Shown: positions 1 to 9,563, counted from the first letter of the stretch. The stretch is 64,000 bases of DNA from Verrucomicrobiota bacterium (GCA_050011195.1 JBEKJO010000002.1:3288-67287); one strand, 5' to 3'. Translations and numbers: made by a program. The notes: generated by a model not told the origin, from the letters alone.

Positions 1-73
1 CGGCCAGGGCAAGCCGGACCGGCTGATCTGGTCGGCCGGCGAAGGCGCCAACGAGGCGAAGCGAAACAAGTAG
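1..73 (+). CDS. 3' end of an unidentified upstream CDS (partial)
   Basis: Open frame from the window edge (frame starting at nt 2) ending at TAG 71-73. Only 23 codons are visible, so no product can be assigned. Confidence 0.25.
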   Translation, partial: GQGKPDRLIWSAGEGANEAKRNK

Positions 74-337
74 GGGGTTGCGAGGCGGGGGGGCGGGTGT
101 GTTAAGGTGAGGGGCGTAGTGTGGAGGTTGGCAATGACATCCGTGTCCGGGGCGCAGGCTTGGGTGAGCAAGGGTCCGGGCCGGGCAACCGGCAAGCGAA
201 GCCAGATGATACCATGAAAAGACTGATGAAGAAGCTGAGGGAGTGAAGGCAGTTGAAGGGCAAGAGGTATCATGTGCCCTTGGAAGGTGCGCGGGTGTTT
301 ATCCGGGTGTGGCAGCAGGTGAATGACTTGCCGGCAG

Positions 338-365
338 GCAACAAAGTGGCAGCAACAAAGTGGCA
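338..365 (+). repeat. Perfect 14-nt tandem direct repeat (GCAACAAAGTGGCA x2) upstream of recA
   Basis: Read directly: 338-351 and 352-365 are identical. It lies immediately upstream of a TTGACG hexamer. Confidence 0.8.
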
Positions 366-366
366 G

Positions 367-395
367 TTGACGAATCGAGGGCGATTGCCCAATAT
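367..395 (+). promoter_or_regulatory. Putative sigma70-like recA promoter (TTGACG-N17-CAATAT)
   Basis: TTGACG at 367-372, a 17-nt spacer, then CAATAT at 390-395, about 45 nt upstream of the recA ATG. The -10 match is weak. Confidence 0.25.
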
Positions 396-439
396 GCGCC
401 GCGGTTAAAATTAAGGTTCCAAAACACACGAATACGAAT

Positions 440-1519
440 ATGCCTCCCAAGACTGCTGAAAAGACTGTTGAGAAACCGGTGGCGGCCGATCCGAAAGCGG
501 CGGAAGCCGCCAAGGTGTCCGCGACGCGCCAGCGGGATCTGGATGCCGCGATTTCCTCGATTACCAAGGCCTACGGCGACGGGAGCATCATGCGCCTGGG
601 CGACGCGCGCGCTCTCAGGCAAATCGAGGTCATTCCCACCGGCTCGCTGGCAATGGACCTGGCACTGGGCGTCGGCGGCATCCCGCGGGGCCGCGTGGTC
701 GAGATTTTCGGCCCGGAATCCTCCGGCAAAACCACGTTGATGCTGCACGTGATCGCCAACGCGCAAAAGGCGGGCGGGCTGGCCGCGTTCATTGACGCCG
801 AACACGCGCTGGACCCAGGCTACGCCAAAAAGCTGGGGGTGAACCTGGAGGATTTGCTGGTGTCGCAGCCGGATAGCGGGGAGGAAGCGCTGTCGATTTG
901 CGAGACGCTGGCCCGGTCGAACGCGCTGGATGTGATCGTCATTGACTCGGTGGCGGCGCTGGTGCCCAAGGCGGAACTGGAGGGGGAGATGGGGATGGCG
1001 ACGATGGGGATGCAGGCGCGGCTGATGAGCCAAGCGCTGCGGAAGCTCACGGCCATTCTCGCCAAGGCCAAGACCACTTGCGTCTTCACCAACCAGATGC
1101 GCGAGAAGGTGGGGGTGATGTTTGGCAACCCGGAAACCACGCCGGGCGGCAAGGCCTTGAAGTTTTATGCGAGCGTCCGCATTGACATCCGGCGCAAGGA
1201 CACGCTCAAGGACGCCGCCGGCAATGCGGTGGGCAATCACGTGAAGGTGAAGATTGTGAAGAACAAGGTCGCGCCGCCCTTTGGCGAGGCCGAGTTCGAC
1301 ATCATCTACAATCATGGCATCAACAAAGAAGGCAGCATCCTGGACGTGGGCATCGAAAGCGGCGCGGTGGAGAAGAAAGGGGCCTGGCTGCAGTTCGAGG
1401 GCGAACTGATCGGCCAAGGCAAGGAGGCCGCGCAGAAGGCCCTGGCGGAAGCGCCGGAGCTGGCACAGAAGATCGTCAACGCGATCATGGCCCGGCGGAA
1501 TGCGGCAGCTCCCGCGTAG
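440..1519 (+). CDS. recA: Recombinase RecA
   Basis: 359-aa ORF with the Walker A motif [10 protein letters not shown], plus [14 protein letters not shown] and IDSVAAL, all RecA hallmarks. Confidence 0.97.
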   Translation: MPPKTAEKTVEKPVAADPKAAEAAKVSATRQRDLDAAISSITKAYGDGSIMRLGDARALRQIEVIPTGSLAMDLALGVGGIPRGRVVEIFGPESSGKTTLMLHVIANAQKAGGLAAFIDAEHALDPGYAKKLGVNLEDLLVSQPDSGEEALSICETLARSNALDVIVIDSVAALVPKAELEGEMGMATMGMQARLMSQALRKLTAILAKAKTTCVFTNQMREKVGVMFGNPETTPGGKALKFYASVRIDIRRKDTLKDAAGNAVGNHVKVKIVKNKVAPPFGEAEFDIIYNHGINKEGSILDVGIESGAVEKKGAWLQFEGELIGQGKEAAQKALAEAPELAQKIVNAIMARRNAAAPA

Positions 1520-1680
1520 CTCGGCGCGCTGAGGACAGACGCGCCCTACGACTTGGCGCAATTATTTGCTTGCCAATACTGGACTTAGGGGTTAATGACG
1601 GGTTGTTATTTGCAGCGGTCCAAATGTTTGCATGGTTCAGACAAAAACTGCATGAATAAGAGTCAACCCACGAGGGTGTC

Positions 1681-2412
1681 TTGAGTCGCCCTTTTTCCTC
1701 GCGCAATTCTTCTCCTTCCGGTCCGTTCGTCAGGGTTAATGGGAAAATCCGCGCCCGCGAGGTGCGGGTGGTGGGGACCGAAGGCAAACAGCTTGGGATT
1801 CTAACGCTCGGGGATGCCCTCGCCCTGGCGCGCGCCAACGGCACGGACCTGGTCGAAATCGCCCCCAATGCCGCGCCCCCCGTTTGCCGGATAGTGGATT
1901 ACGGCAAGTTCCGCTACGAACTGGCCAAGCGCGAGAAGGAATCGAGGAAGCACCAGCACGCGACCAAGGTCAAGGAGGTTCAGCTTAGCCCGAAGATCGA
2001 TCCGCATGACCTCAGTGTGAAACTGGGGCACGCCATCGGGTTTCTGTGCGAGGATATGAAGGTGAAGGTCACGCTGAAGTTCCGCGGCCGGGAAATGGCG
2101 CACAGGGAGTTCGGCTTTGAGGTGGTCCAGAAGTTCCTGACCGACATTGCCGCTTACGGGCACCCGGACTTTGAGCCCAAGCTGATCGGGCGCGGAATCA
2201 ACGTGATGATTAGCCCGCTGCCACGCGACCAGAGGGCCAAAGCCGCACGCCAGACCGGGAGCGGAGAAGGGCCCCTCTCCCCGCCGCGGGTCGAAGACAA
2301 TCGTCCGGGCATTCCTGTAACGGTCGAGCGAACCCCCAGGCCGCAGCCTAAGGAGCCCAAGCCCAGCGGTTTTATCAATAACCCGTTCGCCGAACTCGAA
2401 ATCAACCGCTAG
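1681..2412 (+). CDS. infC: Translation initiation factor IF-3 with a Pro-rich C-terminal extension
   Basis: RVNGKIRAREVRVVG...CRIVDYGKFRYE...KEVQLSPKIDPHD...LKFRGREMAH match the IF-3 N and C domains. The start is TTG, preceded by GAGGG. No in-frame ATG lies before the conserved N-domain. Confidence 0.92.
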   Translation: MSRPFSSRNSSPSGPFVRVNGKIRAREVRVVGTEGKQLGILTLGDALALARANGTDLVEIAPNAAPPVCRIVDYGKFRYELAKREKESRKHQHATKVKEVQLSPKIDPHDLSVKLGHAIGFLCEDMKVKVTLKFRGREMAHREFGFEVVQKFLTDIAAYGHPDFEPKLIGRGINVMISPLPRDQRAKAARQTGSGEGPLSPPRVEDNRPGIPVTVERTPRPQPKEPKPSGFINNPFAELEINR

Positions 2413-2436
2413 CCGGGAAACTTCCCAGCGTGCAGC

Positions 2437-2495
2437 CGCCGACGGCAGTCGGCGCTGATTCTCAGTCCCGAATGATGGCGCCGACTGCCCGCCGC
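2437..2495. repeat. GC-rich hairpin element (GCCGACGGCAGTCGGCGC ... GCGCCGACTGCC), family A copy 1
   Basis: GGCAGTCGGCGC (2444-2455) is the reverse complement of GCGCCGACTGCC (2478-2489). The loop contains CTCAGTC. It sits about 30 nt after the infC stop. Confidence 0.7.
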
Positions 2496-2626
2496 CGGGA
2501 ATGAGACTCCGGTTCAGAGCGAGGGCTTGGGTTCTCCTTCCTGCCCGCTCGGATGCTGCTTGCCCTTTTGGCGCCTGAGGGGCTATAAGGGGCAATAGAA
2601 TGTAAAGAACGAAGAAAGGCTTTGTT

Positions 2627-3940
2627 ATGTCACACACCAGCCGGCAGTCCGCCAACACCAGCAATGTGCTTTCGGTGATCATGGGCGGCGGGCAGGGCAC
2701 GCGCCTGTTCCCGCTGACCAAGGAGCGTTCCAAGCCAGCGGTGCCGTTGGCCGGCAAGTATCGCCTGGTTGATATCCCGATCTCCAACTGCATCAACTCC
2801 GGTCTGCGGCGCATTTACCTGCTGACCCAGTTCAACTCCGCCTCCCTGCACCGGCACATCTCGCAATCGTACAAGTTCGACCACTTCACCGGCGGGTTTG
2901 TCGAAATCCTCGCCGCCGAGCCCGCACGCCTGGACGCCGACACGTCGTGGTATCAGGGCACGGCGGATGCCGTCCGCAAGAACATGATTCACTTCATGAA
3001 CCACGAGTGGGACTACCTGCTCATCCTCAGCGGGGACGCGCTATACCGGATGGACTTTCGCCGCATTATCAACCAGCACGCGGAAACGGGCGCTGACATC
3101 ACGGTGGCGACCATCCCGGTCGAACGACGCGAGATGCAGGCGTCGGGCATCATGCAGATTGATGCCGAGCGCCGTATTACGCGTTTCGTGGAGAAGCCCA
3201 AGGAGCCCGCGCTTCAGGACTCGCTTAAGCTCCCGCGCGAATGGTATGCCCCGCTGGGTATCAAGGGGGAGGGCGAACTGTTCCTGGCCTCGATGGGCAT
3301 TTATGTCTTCAACCGCGACATCATCCGCCGTCTGCTGGAGAACACCCTGACCGACTTCGGCAAGCATGTGATTCCGAATGCCATCCAGAACCTGCGCGTG
3401 TTCTCGTTTGTGTTCCAGGGCTATTGGGAAGACATCGGGACGATCCGCGCCTTCTTCGAGGCCAACCTGGACGTCACGAACGAATTGCCGCGCTTCAACT
3501 TCTTTGACATGGCCGCGCCGATCTTCAGCCGGCCGCGCTTTCTGCCCGGCTCGAAAATCAACGGCGCCCAAATCGATCACGCCGTGATTTCGGATGGCTG
3601 CATTCTCAACCGCGCCGTCATCACCCACAGCATCATCGGCCTGCGCACCATTGTCGGCAGCGGCACGGTGTTGAACCGGGTGATTCTTCTCGGCAGCGAT
3701 TACTATGAATCGCTGGAGTCAATCGTGGAGCACCAGAAAGCCGGCAAACCGGCCATCGGTGTCGGCACCAACTGCCGCATCGAAAACACCATTGTGGACA
3801 AGAACGCGCGGATCGGCAACAACGTGGTCATCTCGCCCGCGGGCAAGCCCGACAAGGCGGACCATCCGAATTACTACATCCGCGACGGTATCGTTGTTAT
3901 CCCCAAGAACGGGGTGATCCCGCACGGAATGGTGATCTAG
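2627..3940 (+). CDS. glgC: Glucose-1-phosphate adenylyltransferase
   Basis: GGGQGTRLFPLTKERSKPAVPLAGKYRLVDIPISNCINSG and the C-terminal left-handed beta-helix region are typical of GlgC. Confidence 0.93.
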   Translation: MSHTSRQSANTSNVLSVIMGGGQGTRLFPLTKERSKPAVPLAGKYRLVDIPISNCINSGLRRIYLLTQFNSASLHRHISQSYKFDHFTGGFVEILAAEPARLDADTSWYQGTADAVRKNMIHFMNHEWDYLLILSGDALYRMDFRRIINQHAETGADITVATIPVERREMQASGIMQIDAERRITRFVEKPKEPALQDSLKLPREWYAPLGIKGEGELFLASMGIYVFNRDIIRRLLENTLTDFGKHVIPNAIQNLRVFSFVFQGYWEDIGTIRAFFEANLDVTNELPRFNFFDMAAPIFSRPRFLPGSKINGAQIDHAVISDGCILNRAVITHSIIGLRTIVGSGTVLNRVILLGSDYYESLESIVEHQKAGKPAIGVGTNCRIENTIVDKNARIGNNVVISPAGKPDKADHPNYYIRDGIVVIPKNGVIPHGMVI

Positions 3941-4040
3941 CTCCGGGTCAGGCGGCTTCCAATTCCGGTTTGGCGCCCTCCAGGCCCCACCGCAGTTGAG
4001 CGGCATTTACATTCACCGCCTCGGCTGGTAAAACCTTGGT

Positions 4041-4856
4041 GTGCTTAATGAATCTGCCATTTGGAAATCCCTGAACACGCCGGGTCGGCTGATTCTGATC
4101 GCCGGGCCGTGTGTGATCGAGAACGAGAGCCTCTGCCTGCAGGTGGCATCGGCCCTGAAGAGAATCTGCGACCGGCTGGGCGTTTTCTACGTATTTAAGG
4201 CCAGCTTCGACAAAGCGAATCGCACCTCGGCCAAATCGTTCCGCGGCCCCGGACTCGAACAGGGGCTGGCGGCGCTGGCCAGAGTTCGGGCTCGGGTTGG
4301 CGTCCCCATCCTCACTGACGTCCATACGGAAGCCCAAGCCGCCATGGCTGCCCAAGTGGCGGACATTTTGCAAATCCCAGCCTTCCTTTGCCGCCAAACC
4401 GACCTGATTGCCGCCGCCGTCCGCACCGGCAGGATCGTGAACCTGAAAAAGGGGCAGTTTCTCTCACCGGAGGAAATGGGGCAGGTGATTGGCAAGGCAA
4501 AAACCGCCGGCGGCAGAAAGCTGCTGCTGACCGAGCGCGGCACGACATTCGGCTACCACAACCTGGTTGCGGATATGCGCTCGATCCCAATCATGCGCCG
4601 GTTTGGCTTTCCGGTGATCTTCGATGCGACCCACTCCGTCCAGCTTCCCGGCGGCGGCGGCGACCGCTCGGGCGGCCAGCGCGAATTCGCCCCGGTGCTC
4701 GCCCGGTGCGCGCTGGCGGCGGGGGCTAGTGGCATTTTCCTCGAAACCCACCCCCACCCGGAACGAGCCTTGAGCGACGGGCCGAACATGATCCCCCTGG
4801 CAGGGATGAACGCCTTGCTGAAAAGCCTGCTAAAGGTTTATTCCGCTGTTCAGTAA
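4041..4856 (+). CDS. kdsA: 3-deoxy-8-phosphooctulonate (KDO-8-P) synthase
   Basis: [13 protein letters not shown]...[11 protein letters not shown]...[11 protein letters not shown] motifs. GTG start. Confidence 0.93.
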   Translation: MLNESAIWKSLNTPGRLILIAGPCVIENESLCLQVASALKRICDRLGVFYVFKASFDKANRTSAKSFRGPGLEQGLAALARVRARVGVPILTDVHTEAQAAMAAQVADILQIPAFLCRQTDLIAAAVRTGRIVNLKKGQFLSPEEMGQVIGKAKTAGGRKLLLTERGTTFGYHNLVADMRSIPIMRRFGFPVIFDATHSVQLPGGGGDRSGGQREFAPVLARCALAAGASGIFLETHPHPERALSDGPNMIPLAGMNALLKSLLKVYSAVQ

Positions 4857-4857
4857 A

Positions 4858-5463
4858 ATGCCTCGCGCTGAAGTCGAGAGTCGAAAGTCGAGAGTCGAGG
4901 GCCGGAGGCCTGCTCGTGGCCGCTCTGCCCGCGGCTCCCGGCGCGCAACCCTTGAGGCAGCGCTCAAGCGCATCCGATTGCTCCTGTGCGATGTGGACGG
5001 TGTCCTGACCGACGCGTCCGTGTTCATCAGCGGAGAGGAGGAGATAAAGCAATTCAACATCCGGGACGGCCTGGGCCTGGTGACGTTGCGGCGCCTGGGC
5101 GTCAAGGTGGGCTGGATCTCCAGCCGGCCCTCGGCCGCTACCGAGCGGCGGGCCAGGGAACTCAAAATAGATTTCCTTCGGCAGGAAAAGGGCAGTAAAG
5201 TCTGTGCCGTGGAAAGTCTTCTCGCGCAAACTGGCTTCGGTTGGGACGAGGTCTGCTATGTGGGCGATGACATTGTCGATCTGGGTGTCCTGAAACGCGC
5301 GGGGGTGGCCGTGGCGGTCGCCAACGGCGTGGCCGAAACGCAGGCCGCCGCCGATTACGTCACCCGGGCGGGCGGCGGGCATGGGGCGGTGCGAGAGGTT
5401 GTGGAACTGATTTTGAAGGCGCAAGACAAGTGGTCGCGCCTCGTGGCGGAACACGCAGCCTGA
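4858..5463 (+). CDS. kdsC: KDO-8-phosphate phosphatase (HAD superfamily)
   Basis: LLLCDVDGVLTD...GDDIVDL...GGHGAVRE, the KdsC pattern. The only in-frame ATG is 4858, so the heptamer repeat would be translated as an R/K-rich N-terminal tail. Confidence 0.86.
   Translation: MPRAEVESRKSRVEGRRPARGRSARGSRRATLEAALKRIRLLLCDVDGVLTDASVFISGEEEIKQFNIRDGLGLVTLRRLGVKVGWISSRPSAATERRARELKIDFLRQEKGSKVCAVESLLAQTGFGWDEVCYVGDDIVDLGVLKRAGVAVAVANGVAETQAAADYVTRAGGGHGAVREVVELILKAQDKWSRLVAEHAA
4868..4898 (+). repeat. Heptamer tract GTCGARA x4
   Basis: gaagtcgagagtcgaaagtcgagagtcgaggg read directly. It lies at the kdsA/kdsC junction. Confidence 0.8.
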
Positions 5464-5471
5464 GCCAAGTA

Positions 5472-7322
5472 ATGAACCGGAGAAATCATCGTTATGTCCG
5501 CGTCGCGCTGGTGGTGCTCGCGCTGGGCCTGGCGATGCTCCCCTGGCCCGGGCGCGCGCAACCCATTGTGGGAGGGCAACGGTTCAAGTTCTCCGAGTAT
5601 TATGACCCGCCGCATGAAACCCAAATGAAATCATTGCTGGAAGGCGCCCAAGCCCAACGTGAGCCAGACGGGCGGGTTCTGGTCACCGAAGCCAAATGGC
5701 GGACCTTCCGCGTGAGCGGCGAGGGCGAACTGGCCGCGGAAGCTCCCCAATGCTTCTATGATCAGGGCCAAAGGACGGTTAGTTCCTCCGGGCCGCTGCA
5801 CGTGGAAACCGCCGATGGGAAATTCTCGATCGACGGAGAGGGGTTCCTGTGGCGGCAGACCAATTCCGTTCTCCTGGTCTCGAATCGCGTCCATACGATA
5901 GTCCATCCTGAGTTGCTCGGCCCGCCATCCGCCACCCCCCTTACGAATGCGCCCGCAGAGGCGACGCCGGGCATCGATATCTTCTCGGATCGGTTCGAAT
6001 ACGCGCAGCTTTCCGGCTTGGGCGTTTACCAGGGGAACGTGCGCGTGGCGGGGACGAATCTGAGCGCCACTGCAAGCCGGCTGACCATTGTATTACCGGT
6101 GGCTGAGCACCGGATGCAAACCCTCACGGCCGAGCAAAATGTGATCATCGACTACGAAAAGATCCACGCGACGGGCGAGCGGGCGTTCTACTCGGCGGAC
6201 ACGGACCTGATTCAGTTGAGCGGCCTGCCTAGGCCGACCTGGCGGATCGAGGACAAAGACGGGAGCGGGGACGAGCTTGTGTTCGACCGGACCAACCGGG
6301 TTTTTCGTGCCAGCGGCCACGCCCGGCTGAAAATGCCCGCCCAGAGCATGGGAGCCTCCGGCCTCTTCTCACAGCCCGAGTCCGCCTCCGCGGCTTCGCT
6401 CCCGCCGACCAATCAATTTGTCGATATCCTGTGCGACCATTACGAGCTGCGGACCAACCTGGCGGTCTTTCACGACCAGGTGCGCGTCAGCGAACGCCTC
6501 GGCGATCAACTGCAAGGAGAGATGAGTTGTAGCCTGATGACGCTCACTTTCTCCGGCACCAATGAGTTGCAGAAAATGGTGGCCGAGCGCCAGGTCGTCA
6601 TCGCACGGGTGGACAGCCAATTCACGGCGGACACGGCGGAGTACACTGGCACCAACGGTGTGCTGGAATTGACGGGGAACCCCGCCTGGCGGGCCGGTCC
6701 ACGCGAAGGGAAGGGCGATCGGGTGCGGGCCAATCTCGCGCGCGAGGAAATGCTCGTGCGCGGAAACGCCTTCATGAGATTGCCGGCCGCCGAACTGGGC
6801 CAATCCGCGGTCACCGCGTTGGGCACGCCTGGACCCGGCGGAGCAAAGGGGACGACGAATGAGTTCACGGAGATCTTCTCCGAAGAGTATCTCCTGACGC
6901 CGGCTGCGGCCCTGTTCCGGGGCCGCGTGCGGATCGAGCATCCGCAGATGAAGGAGACCTGCGAAGAGCTGACGATGCTCACGCCGCCCGAGCTTGGGAA
7001 GGACGGCCGCATGATCATCGCCGAACCGGCGGTCGTCTTCGACGTCGTGGATGACCAGGGCCGCAACTTTCATGGCACGGGCGAGAAGACAGTTTACACT
7101 CGCCGCCTGACCACCACCGTAACCAATGACATCCTGGACCTGACCGGAAATCCGGCAGTTCTGGAAGCGACCAATTTCGTGGGCCGGAACAAGGTCTTCA
7201 CCCTGGACCTCACGAGCCACAAGCTTATGGCCCCGGGAAAGTATAACATTCGGGGCACGCTGCCCGCCGCCAGCACGAACATGTTTCAGCCGCCGAAGAA
7301 ACGGACCAGCAAGTTAACATAA
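5472..7322 (+). CDS. Multi-domain OstA/LptA-like periplasmic protein (putative fused LptC/LptA bridge)
   Basis: Signal-anchor-like N-terminus (MNRRNHRYVRVALVVLALGLAMLP). At least three repeats of an OstA-like pattern, e.g. ...A.YT....LELTGNP.... Located between kdsC and lptB, where lptC-lptA normally sit. Confidence 0.6.
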   Translation: MNRRNHRYVRVALVVLALGLAMLPWPGRAQPIVGGQRFKFSEYYDPPHETQMKSLLEGAQAQREPDGRVLVTEAKWRTFRVSGEGELAAEAPQCFYDQGQRTVSSSGPLHVETADGKFSIDGEGFLWRQTNSVLLVSNRVHTIVHPELLGPPSATPLTNAPAEATPGIDIFSDRFEYAQLSGLGVYQGNVRVAGTNLSATASRLTIVLPVAEHRMQTLTAEQNVIIDYEKIHATGERAFYSADTDLIQLSGLPRPTWRIEDKDGSGDELVFDRTNRVFRASGHARLKMPAQSMGASGLFSQPESASAASLPPTNQFVDILCDHYELRTNLAVFHDQVRVSERLGDQLQGEMSCSLMTLTFSGTNELQKMVAERQVVIARVDSQFTADTAEYTGTNGVLELTGNPAWRAGPREGKGDRVRANLAREEMLVRGNAFMRLPAAELGQSAVTALGTPGPGGAKGTTNEFTEIFSEEYLLTPAAALFRGRVRIEHPQMKETCEELTMLTPPELGKDGRMIIAEPAVVFDVVDDQGRNFHGTGEKTVYTRRLTTTVTNDILDLTGNPAVLEATNFVGRNKVFTLDLTSHKLMAPGKYNIRGTLPAASTNMFQPPKKRTSKLT

Positions 7323-7330
7323 CGCCTGCT

Positions 7331-8095
<765 letters not shown>

Positions 8096-8111
8096 AGCGG
8101 CCTACCGGGAA

Positions 8112-8248
8112 ATGGAGTGTTGGAGTGATGGAGTATGGGAGTACTGCCAAAAACGTTTGCCTCCGAGCAAGGGGCTCGCGCCACTCCGTCCCGTTACCTC
8201 CTCACTCCATTATTCCATCACCCCATCACTCCACCACTCCATTACCCC
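8112..8248. repeat. Inverted 8-nt-period repeat element (GGAGTGNT arms), family B, intergenic copy
   Basis: Left arm atggagtgttggagtgatggagtatgggagtact (8112-8145). Right arm ctcactccattattccatcaccccatcactccaccactccattacccc (8200-8248) is its imperfect reverse complement. The loop is about 55 nt. Confidence 0.8.
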
Positions 8249-8258
8249 ACTTCCCGCC

Positions 8259-9206
8259 ATGCAACGTGACACCATAACCGTCGAGCGGTTCTACACCGAA
8301 CACGCCAGCGCCCTGGAGCTCAACCTGGTCGCCGGAGCGACCGGGCTCAAGCGGATCATTCGCGAGCCCACGGTCAATCGCCCGGGCCTGGTCCTGTCCG
8401 GGTTCACGCGTTACTTCGCCAACAAACGCTTGCAGGTCATCGGCAATGCCGAAGCGTTCTTTCTGAAATCCCTCTCCCCCGAGGAGCAGGCCAAACGGTA
8501 CGAAATCTTCTTCTCCTACAAAGTGCCCGGCGTCGTCTTTTCCCGCAACCTGCATCCGAACAAGCTGTTCATGAAAGCCGCGGAGGAGGCCCGGGTGCCG
8601 ATCTTCCGCTGCCCGATGGTGACGATGAAGTTCATCAACCTGGCCACGCTGGCGCTGGAGATGATGTTCGCCCCGCGCGGGACCGAGATGGGCAGCATGG
8701 TCGATATCCTCGGTGTGGGCGTGATCATCCGCGGCGAAAGCGGCATCGGCAAAAGCGAAAGTGTCCTGGCGCTCATCGAACGGGGTTACAGCCTCGTCGC
8801 CGACGACATTACCAAAGTCACCCTGGTGGACGGCCGGGAAGTGGTGGGCACCAGCGCCGAAGTCACGCGCGATCACATGGAAGTGCGCGGCATCGGCATC
8901 ATCAACGTCGCCGCCATGTTCGGCGTCAAGAGCATCCGGCACGAAAAGCGGGTGGACCTGGTCATTACCTTGAGGTCGTGGAATGAAGTGGCAGACGTGG
9001 ACCGCCTCGGTCTGGAGCAGGAATTCGTCAAAGTCCTCGGCATCGACGTGCCGCACATTACCATTCCCGTGCGGCCCGGCCGCGACCTGGCGCGGTTGAT
9101 CGAAGTGGCCGCCTTTCAGGCCAAGCTCAAGTCCGCCGGCTATAATCCGGCCAAGGAGCTCAATGACCGGCTCATTTCCCGGATGGCGGCGGCGGCCAAA
9201 CTTTAG
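8259..9206 (+). CDS. hprK: HPr kinase/phosphorylase
   Basis: GVIIRGESGIGKSE (P-loop), LVADD and MEVRGIGIINV motifs. Start taken at ATG 8259 (MQRDTITVERF), because the upstream part of the ORF merely translates the repeat element. Confidence 0.9.
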   Translation: MQRDTITVERFYTEHASALELNLVAGATGLKRIIREPTVNRPGLVLSGFTRYFANKRLQVIGNAEAFFLKSLSPEEQAKRYEIFFSYKVPGVVFSRNLHPNKLFMKAAEEARVPIFRCPMVTMKFINLATLALEMMFAPRGTEMGSMVDILGVGVIIRGESGIGKSESVLALIERGYSLVADDITKVTLVDGREVVGTSAEVTRDHMEVRGIGIINVAAMFGVKSIRHEKRVDLVITLRSWNEVADVDRLGLEQEFVKVLGIDVPHITIPVRPGRDLARLIEVAAFQAKLKSAGYNPAKELNDRLISRMAAAAKL

Positions 9207-9257
9207 AATTCAGTAGCGCAGTCGCTCGTCTTCGGGTAACTATAATCGCAAGACCGA

Positions 9258-9557
9258 ATGAGCGCGAAAGCAATAGCCGACGGCGGTTCCGTAATGACCA
9301 AAGATTTTCATGTGTCGAACAAGCTGGGCATTCATGCCCGGCCCGCGGCCATGTTTGTCAAAACCGCCAACCGTTTTAGCTGCGACATATTCGTGGAGAA
9401 GGACGGCGAGAAGGTTAACGGCAAGAGCATCATGGGCCTGATGATGCTGGCTGCCGGCCCCGGCAGCAAAGTCACCGTCCATGCCAGCGGCCATGATGCC
9501 TCCCAGGCGCTGGCCGAACTGGAAACCCTCATCAACCGTAAGTTCGACGAAGAGTGA
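9258..9557 (+). CDS. ptsH: Phosphocarrier protein HPr
   Basis: GIHARPAA (active-site His) and GKSIMGLMML (regulatory Ser). The true start is probably ATG 9294 (MTKDFHV), which gives a canonical 87-aa HPr. Confidence 0.9.
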   Translation: MSAKAIADGGSVMTKDFHVSNKLGIHARPAAMFVKTANRFSCDIFVEKDGEKVNGKSIMGLMMLAAGPGSKVTVHASGHDASQALAELETLINRKFDEE

Positions 9558-9563
9558 GCCTAT

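Noticed and set aside
74-105. G-tract cluster (GGGGG-N9-GGGGGGG-C-GGG) as a potential G-quadruplex just after the upstream stop codon.
   Set aside because: One loop exceeds the canonical length, G-runs are frequent in this G+C-rich DNA, and nothing ties it to a function.
214-246. 10-codon uORF (MKRLMKKLRE) in the recA leader.
   Set aside because: Too short to evaluate. It has no obvious ribosome-binding site, and I can show no conservation evidence for it.
1521-1546. Hairpins after recA (GGCGCG-N11-CGCGCC) and at about 19977-19997 (CCTGTCC-N7-GGACAGG) as terminators.
   Set aside because: The stems are short and no T-rich tail follows in the transcribed direction. That is not enough to call terminators.
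299-1561. 420-aa minus-strand ORF covering recA. Similar long antisense or out-of-frame ORFs occur elsewhere, e.g. 1801-2814(-), 10325-11899(-), 28701-29930(+), 29937-33095(+), 36199-37605(-), 45057-46868(-) and 53667-55163(-).
   Set aside because: They lie opposite genes with unmistakable family motifs, and their translations are R/G/P/A-rich low-complexity strings. This is typical of stop-codon-poor frames in high-GC DNA.
8112-8258. N-terminal extensions of ORFs in the track: hprK from 8112, ThuA from 39447, DUF1638 from 40733, the SBBP genes from 48482 and 50062, URO-D-like from 53547, and the GH from 34903.
   Set aside because: The extensions translate repeat elements or leader DNA. Good internal ATGs followed by signal peptides or conserved N-termini exist, so the shorter starts were used.
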